DNA of 64,000 bases, taken from Nitrosomonas sp. (GTDB lineage Bacteria; Pseudomonadota; Gammaproteobacteria; Burkholderiales; Nitrosomonadaceae). Below, piece after piece: positions 59,052-64,000 of the stretch (the stretch's first letter is position 1; the number at the start of each line of letters is the position of its first letter). The notes under the pieces are model-generated. The model saw nothing but the letters and a program-made list of their open reading frames with translations. It ran no database searches and had not been told where the DNA came from. The stretch is taken from assembly GCF_019752415.1 (NCBI RefSeq), contig NZ_JAIEME010000039.1, positions 5,241 to 69,240 of the forward strand, read 5' to 3'. Made by a program: the position numbers and the translations under genes.

Positions 59052-59651
59052 ATGACAGAAACTGTTATTGATTTAATCCGCCACGGCGAGCCAGCCGGCG
59101 GGCGCCGTTATCGCGGGCACAACATTGATGATCCCCTCACCGAAAAGGGCTGGTCGCAAATGTGGAACGCCGTTGGCGAATATGCCGCATGGCAGCAAAT
59201 CATCACCTCCCCGCTACAACGCTGCCAGAGGTTTGCGCATGAATTGGGGGAGCGTCATGGAATCAATGTCATTGTTGAGCCGCGTTTTAAGGAAGTCGGG
59301 TTTGGCGCATGGGAAGGGTTAAGTCATGATGAAGTCAAAATTGACCAAACCGATGAATATCATGCTTTCCTGAAAGATCCAGTTAATCAACGCCCGCATG
59401 ATGCGGAGCCGCTCGACGATTTTATCCAACGCGTTGGTTTAGCTTATGAAGAGACCTTAGAACGCTATCGCGGAAACCATGTGCTAATCGTTGCACATGC
59501 CGGTGTGATGCGTGCGGTTATTGCAAAAACAGTGCATGCCTCTCCGTCCGGTCTGTATCGAATCAAAATCAGCAATGGCGGAATCACGCGGATTCGCCAT
59601 GCAGAAACCGGTGGCGTGCTGGAATTGCTGAATGGGAAATTGTCTGATTGA
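59052..59651 (+). CDS. histidine phosphatase family protein (phosphoglycerate mutase / CobC-like)
   Basis: 199 aa. Catalytic IDLIRHGEP (RHG motif) and ..IVAHAGVMRAV.. (second His). Confidence 0.8.
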   Translation: MTETVIDLIRHGEPAGGRRYRGHNIDDPLTEKGWSQMWNAVGEYAAWQQIITSPLQRCQRFAHELGERHGINVIVEPRFKEVGFGAWEGLSHDEVKIDQTDEYHAFLKDPVNQRPHDAEPLDDFIQRVGLAYEETLERYRGNHVLIVAHAGVMRAVIAKTVHASPSGLYRIKISNGGITRIRHAETGGVLELLNGKLSD

Positions 59652-59938
59652 TAGTTTCAATGAGTAACTTGAAAGCTCGCAACGGTAATTTCAATGGCAA
59701 TTAATTCGCCATTAACGCATTTCGCTTTGGGGAGGTTTGTTAGATTGTTATTTTTCTTGCCACAAATCTCAATCCGATGACAACTTCAGTCACTAGGAGT
59801 CTGTCGGACTTAAGCAATCGTAGCGAGCTGCTCTCAAAGACATACCGTCATATCACCATCGCACCTACTTCTCCACTTAGCGATTTTGAAAGTGCGGTAG
59901 AGGTAAATTGCTTTTCTTCTACGGCTTGTAAGCACGAT

Positions 59939-60042
59939 ATCAATTTCATTGCTGTATCCAAATACTAATGTCTCAACTTATTTCTTTAGAAAATTTTTCA
60001 TAGCAGTCATCTCCATTTGTTGTAGATCAAAATAGTATATCC
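59939..60042. repeat. ~105-bp direct repeat, copy 1 (upstream of a secreted-protein gene)
   Basis: ATCAATTTCATTGCTGTATCCAAATACTAATGTCTCAACTTATTTCTT...GATCAAAATAGTATATCC. By-eye alignment shows high similarity to 62073-62177. Confidence 0.75.
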
Positions 60043-60444
60043 ATAAGTAGCTTCTAATTTAGAATTATATTTAACATATAATTATCATTTAGTTAAAAAT
60101 ATCTCCAGAGGATAAGCAATATCTTTTTATGCTTCCTTACTAAGAATATTCGTTCCTTTCTTTACTTCTATGTGGAATTTTTTCACACTTATTTACTTTT
60201 ATGTGGTATTTTTTCACACCTATTTCAATTTCTTCTCAAATTAAGCTGGTATTAGAAGCTCTAAATTAACTGTCGAAAAACGAAAATCTTCACCGTTTTT
60301 TCGAGTTTGGAATTCTCGAAGTAGGTAATACCAAGAAGTAGAAGTGTCTTTTTTCTAACGAGAATGGATTCACTCTGAACAGCTAAGGACCACTCTTAAC
60401 TGAAATTGAAGGAGTTATCTTCAATATTTAAAGGAGCATTTTGC

Positions 60445-61608
60445 ATGAGAATTATTTCCCACACGGAACCCAAGAATAGCACCAGTTTCTCCATGGTAGT
60501 GAGACAAATGCATAGCATACTAGTCGCAATATTATTCCTCATAAGCATGATTTGGATTTCCTTCGGAACAGCGCATGCCGTCGTCGCCGGGACACCCGGA
60601 TCAATCAAATGGCATCCAGGCCATTACTATGCGATTATGAGTTCGGGTAAAAATAAACCGGATTATCTGCAGCAAGTATATAGCGAAATGAAGGCTACGC
60701 CAGCTCTGCGCGGAATGCAAGTGCGTTATAGTTGGGCAGAGCTAGAAAAATCCTTTGGTGTATATGATTTCACATCCATTGAGAAGAGACTTTCTGAGCT
60801 TACCGCGCGAAATAAACGGCTTATAATTCTATTAGAATTAAAATCATGGGGTACTGACACAGACTTAGTGCCAGACTACTTGACAGCGGCAACATACGAG
60901 GGAGGAGTATTCGCTTTTAGTAGCGATGGCAGCGCCACGATTACAGGGAACAACATCAAGCTGTGGAATCCCAAAGTGCGCGATCGTCTGGCTGCACTAA
61001 TTAGTGCATTGGGAAAGCGCTTTAATTCCCACGAATACTTTGAAGGTATCGGCTTCACAGAAACCTCTATGGGGTACCCTCTAAAACCGCTAACCGACAC
61101 TAAGATAGATGGTTTCTACAGCAACCTGCTTGTATTAAACAAAAAGATGCGTGCATCTTTCCCCAACACGATGACATTCCAGCTCGCAAACTCCCCGCGT
61201 CCGTTTTTGACAACATTAGTAGACGATCTCAAAGGAATGGGATCGGCACTGGGTTGTCCGGATGTTTTCATTCAAGATCCGGGATTAAACTATCCAGGAA
61301 GTCAATACTCTCCTCCAGGCCTCTATAAATACTATCCTAAAAATTCTGGTCTGATGCCCCTGATAGTTAAAGTGGAGCCAGCGAATTATCGGGATACGCG
61401 GTGGGATGAGAAAGGTCATCAGCCAACCGTCTCGGAGCTGCTCAATTTTGCACAGGATAATCTGAAAGTTAACTACATTTTCTGGGTACGAGACCTTGCT
61501 TATTATAAGAAAGTGCTGGAAATGTTGAATTGGCAACAACAAAAAATCAGTCCATCCGGCGGACTGCGTACGGCCTGCCCCGAAAACTATACTACCTGCA
61601 TCAACTAG
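60445..61608 (+). CDS. secreted protein, possibly TIM-barrel glycoside-hydrolase-like
   Basis: Start taken at the ATG preceded by AAAGGAG (MRIISH..). Signal peptide ..SFGTAHA. ..GMQVRYSWAELEKSFGVYDFTSIEKRL..LIILLELKSW.. resembles GH-type TIM barrels. The function call is weak. Confidence 0.45.
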   Translation: MRIISHTEPKNSTSFSMVVRQMHSILVAILFLISMIWISFGTAHAVVAGTPGSIKWHPGHYYAIMSSGKNKPDYLQQVYSEMKATPALRGMQVRYSWAELEKSFGVYDFTSIEKRLSELTARNKRLIILLELKSWGTDTDLVPDYLTAATYEGGVFAFSSDGSATITGNNIKLWNPKVRDRLAALISALGKRFNSHEYFEGIGFTETSMGYPLKPLTDTKIDGFYSNLLVLNKKMRASFPNTMTFQLANSPRPFLTTLVDDLKGMGSALGCPDVFIQDPGLNYPGSQYSPPGLYKYYPKNSGLMPLIVKVEPANYRDTRWDEKGHQPTVSELLNFAQDNLKVNYIFWVRDLAYYKKVLEMLNWQQQKISPSGGLRTACPENYTTCIN

Positions 61609-61771
61609 TTTTTAATTGCACTAATTGAAGTTTAAACAACGAACGGCCCCGTGCTAAGACCACGGGGCGTTAGTAAAGCGTAAACTAATGCAGATCTTCT
61701 TTTGGTTTACTTGATTCTTTATATACCGCACAACCAAACACTAATCCGCTCTTTTTTCCACAGTTGCAACC

Positions 61772-61921
61772 TAAGGAAACACTGATTAATTCGGCGAACG
61801 AGATGAAGCACGAGGCGCACGGAACGCAACAACCGAGACATATCAATATGATAGGCGAGGGAGTGAGTACCGCGCAACGAAGTGATTCGCTCGTGCAGTT
61901 AATTAATCAGCATTTTCCTAA
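61772..61921. repeat. MITE-like palindromic element, family B
   Basis: Ends TAAGGAAACACTGATTAATT / AATTAATCAGCATTTTCCTAA, close to the ends of the 18911-19028 element. ORF 61764-61982 lies entirely across it. Confidence 0.65.
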
Positions 61922-62072
61922 TAGCCATCCATCCAAAACTCGTCGCCTCGCAGATCTTGTTTTAAACCCAGCTTCCTCTTAAACAATTTCCGCGTTGTTA
62001 TGCTTTTGAACACTCAAACAATCTGATCCGGTGCAATTTTGGATTTGCCTTACAGATGTTGACACCCTTCGT

Positions 62073-62177
62073 ATCCACTTCATCGCTATATCCGAATACT
62101 AAGGTCTCAACTTATTTCTTATGGAAATTTGTTCATAAAAGTCACTCTCATTTGATCTAGATCAAAATAGTATATCC
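62073..62177. repeat. ~105-bp direct repeat, copy 2
   Basis: ATCCACTTCATCGCTATATCCGAATACTAAGGTCTCAACTTATTTCTT...GATCAAAATAGTATATCC. Confidence 0.75.
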
Positions 62178-62356
62178 GCATGCATTTATATTAAAAATGT
62201 TATGTTTATATATAAATTGTATTTATATATAAACTAATCAATTGATTACAAAGCTTAAGCTATTTCCATTGTTAGTTGTAAGGAACATGCGTCTGAATGC
62301 ATTCAAGCAACTTCATATCATTGTAGAACGATAACTTTTCTGGGGAGCCCATTAAT

Positions 62357-62794
62357 ATGAACACCCAAATATCTAAATTCCTGGTCAGAGGGTTAGTGAG
62401 TTTAATGTTTTTATTTGTATTTTCTAGTCACATACGAGCGGATAACGGCAACGAAATGATCGTTAACGGCCATCATGTTCGTCTGGCGTTTAAGGATACT
62501 GTGCGAGTAGGTGAAAATGAATTCAATCTACAGCTTACAGATGCACACAGTCAGCCTGTGATTATCGATACTCATTTGGAAGTGGGTATTGCTCCGGATA
62601 GTAATGCTGAAAAAAAAGCTAAGCAAACTACCCAATCGGCACAATCGATCGAAGTAGTCTTAACGCCGATAGGCACAGCCGGCGAATATGCAGGAATAGT
62701 ACCGCTTGGGGCATCCGGGCATTGGATTTTGACTGTACATTTCAGCGTGCAAGGTGAGTTGTATGAGGTGAATTTTCCAGTACAGGTGATTTAA
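62357..62794 (+). CDS. small secreted protein, unknown function
   Basis: 145 aa. Signal peptide (..SSHIRA). Beta-rich. GGGGAG upstream. Confidence 0.5.
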   Translation: MNTQISKFLVRGLVSLMFLFVFSSHIRADNGNEMIVNGHHVRLAFKDTVRVGENEFNLQLTDAHSQPVIIDTHLEVGIAPDSNAEKKAKQTTQSAQSIEVVLTPIGTAGEYAGIVPLGASGHWILTVHFSVQGELYEVNFPVQVI

Positions 62795-62857
62795 AACTAC
62801 TCGATGGGGTTAACAATTCGACAAACACGATATTAGTTCAGTCACAGGAGACGGATC

Positions 62858-63988
62858 ATGCGGGCCAAAATACAAAATCATACAAAATACAGCATCCTAT
62901 GCTATTCGCAGAATTGGATTACTCAATCGATATTCATCTTTATCTCGGCATTAATTGTAATCGCCATATTTTCAGCACCAGTAAAAGCGGATCTAAAGGA
63001 TGGATTAGTGGCCTACTATCCATTTAATGGCAATATGCTGGATGAAAGTGGGAATGGCTACAACGGAACAGTGCCTCCTTACTGTGGCACACCGACACCA
63101 ACCACAGATCGCTTTGGTAATCCTGATAGGGCCTATGCATTCAATGACGACTGTATTAGCCTAGGAACGTCTCTTAAGCTTCCGGAATGGCCGTCGAGTG
63201 CTGTGAGTGCATGGTTTTTAAATGATGGGACGGGTTATTTTGGTCAAGGCTATGGTCAAAATATCATTGATAAAACGGATTTCTTCAGCAATTATTGGGT
63301 TTCTCTCTATGCCGAAACACTTCAGTTTGCCAAAACAGAATGCTGTAGAGGGATTGATTACAAGAGAGATTTCCGTGATAACAAATGGCACCACCTGGTG
63401 GCTAATACAAACGGCAGCCATATCGAGCTGTGGATTGATGGCGTACTGAGAGGAACTTTTGATGAAGCCGTTCCCATTGTCAATAATCGCCCCCTGTTGA
63501 TTGGATACAGTAATTCCCCTGATGGATTTAAGCGGATTTTCTGGAGTGGCAAACTCGATGATTTTAGACTTTATGATCGCGCCCTGGCAAAAAATGAAAT
63601 TACTGCTTTGTTTAACGAGAGTCCACCTTCCTGCGTAGGGGTGCTTCCTGTCTTATCGATACTTGTTACCAGTAAGTCAGGTAGTCAGGATGCACGATTG
63701 TGGGCGATAACGCTTGCAAACAAGGGGTTCTGTGGTGCAGAAAATGCACAAATTGACGCCTTAAAGTTGACTCAAACCTATGGCGCAGCCTGTACCCCTG
63801 CGATTACCAGTCCAGTGGCATTCCCGTTAAACATCGGTGATGTCCCAGCGCATGGTCAAGCCAGCAGTGCGGTGACCATCAATTTCTCAGGCTGTCCTAA
63901 CAACGCACGGTTTAGCGCCAAAATTACATACAGTGCCAATGATGGTGCAGTGCACAGCTCCAAAATCTTGAACAACCAGTACCGCTAA
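62858..63988 (+). CDS. secreted LamG (concanavalin-A-like lectin/glucanase) domain protein
   Basis: 376 aa. GLVAYYPFNGNMLDESGNGYNGTV..WHHLVANTNGSHIELWIDGVL..GKLDDFRLYDRAL is the canonical LamG-domain pattern. Confidence 0.7.
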   Translation: MRAKIQNHTKYSILCYSQNWITQSIFIFISALIVIAIFSAPVKADLKDGLVAYYPFNGNMLDESGNGYNGTVPPYCGTPTPTTDRFGNPDRAYAFNDDCISLGTSLKLPEWPSSAVSAWFLNDGTGYFGQGYGQNIIDKTDFFSNYWVSLYAETLQFAKTECCRGIDYKRDFRDNKWHHLVANTNGSHIELWIDGVLRGTFDEAVPIVNNRPLLIGYSNSPDGFKRIFWSGKLDDFRLYDRALAKNEITALFNESPPSCVGVLPVLSILVTSKSGSQDARLWAITLANKGFCGAENAQIDALKLTQTYGAACTPAITSPVAFPLNIGDVPAHGQASSAVTINFSGCPNNARFSAKITYSANDGAVHSSKILNNQYR

Positions 63989-64000
63989 TTCACCGGGGAA

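Noticed and set aside
61764-61982. 72-aa ORF (TTG start).
   Set aside because: It lies almost exactly across the family-B palindromic element (61772-61921), and the inverted-repeat structure explains the open frame.

Overview
This is an AT-rich proteobacterial window; the gene order suggests a betaproteobacterium, but taxonomy cannot be confirmed from sequence alone. It is a mosaic of core genes and accessory DNA. Core genes are rpsU, yqeY, dnaG, rpoD, a tRNA(CAU), ylqF/rbgA and mfd.

Main contents, left to right:
- 0.1-4.3 kb: a FecR/TPR/beta-barrel giant protein with an adjacent lipoprotein.
- 6.8-10 kb: a decaheme cytochrome plus MtrB/PioB-type barrel, i.e. an MtoAB/MtrAB-like porin-cytochrome module.
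- 10.3-15.4 kb: the macromolecular-synthesis operon, ending in tRNA(CAU).
- 15.4-26.7 kb: two tandem islands integrated in that tRNA, marked by three copies of a 54-bp tRNA 3' core.
- 27.2-38 kb: nested IS remnants bracketing a sensor kinase / response regulator cluster.
- 38-39.5 kb: a decayed ABC transporter.
- 39.5-46.7 kb: a Zur-type zinc cluster (Zur, DUF1826-like, CobW GTPase, Zur box, TonB-dependent receptor, two paralogous secreted proteins).
- 49.2-53.6 kb: a strikingly GC-rich foreign gene for a 1475-aa HNH-NACHT-helical-repeat protein, next to an RHH/RelE remnant.
- 58-64 kb: secreted-protein genes with shared upstream repeats.
- Two MITE-like repeat families are scattered through the window.

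The strongest candidate for something undescribed is the cargo operon of the first island (19245-21759). It encodes a leaderless ORF of four tandem peptide units. That ORF is translationally coupled to a small I9-like ORF, followed 14 nt later by a signal-less S8 subtilase. I do not recognise this arrangement from any described RiPP, toxin or defence family.

Coordinates of non-ORF features were hand-anchored to the ORF track and may be off by 1-2 nt.
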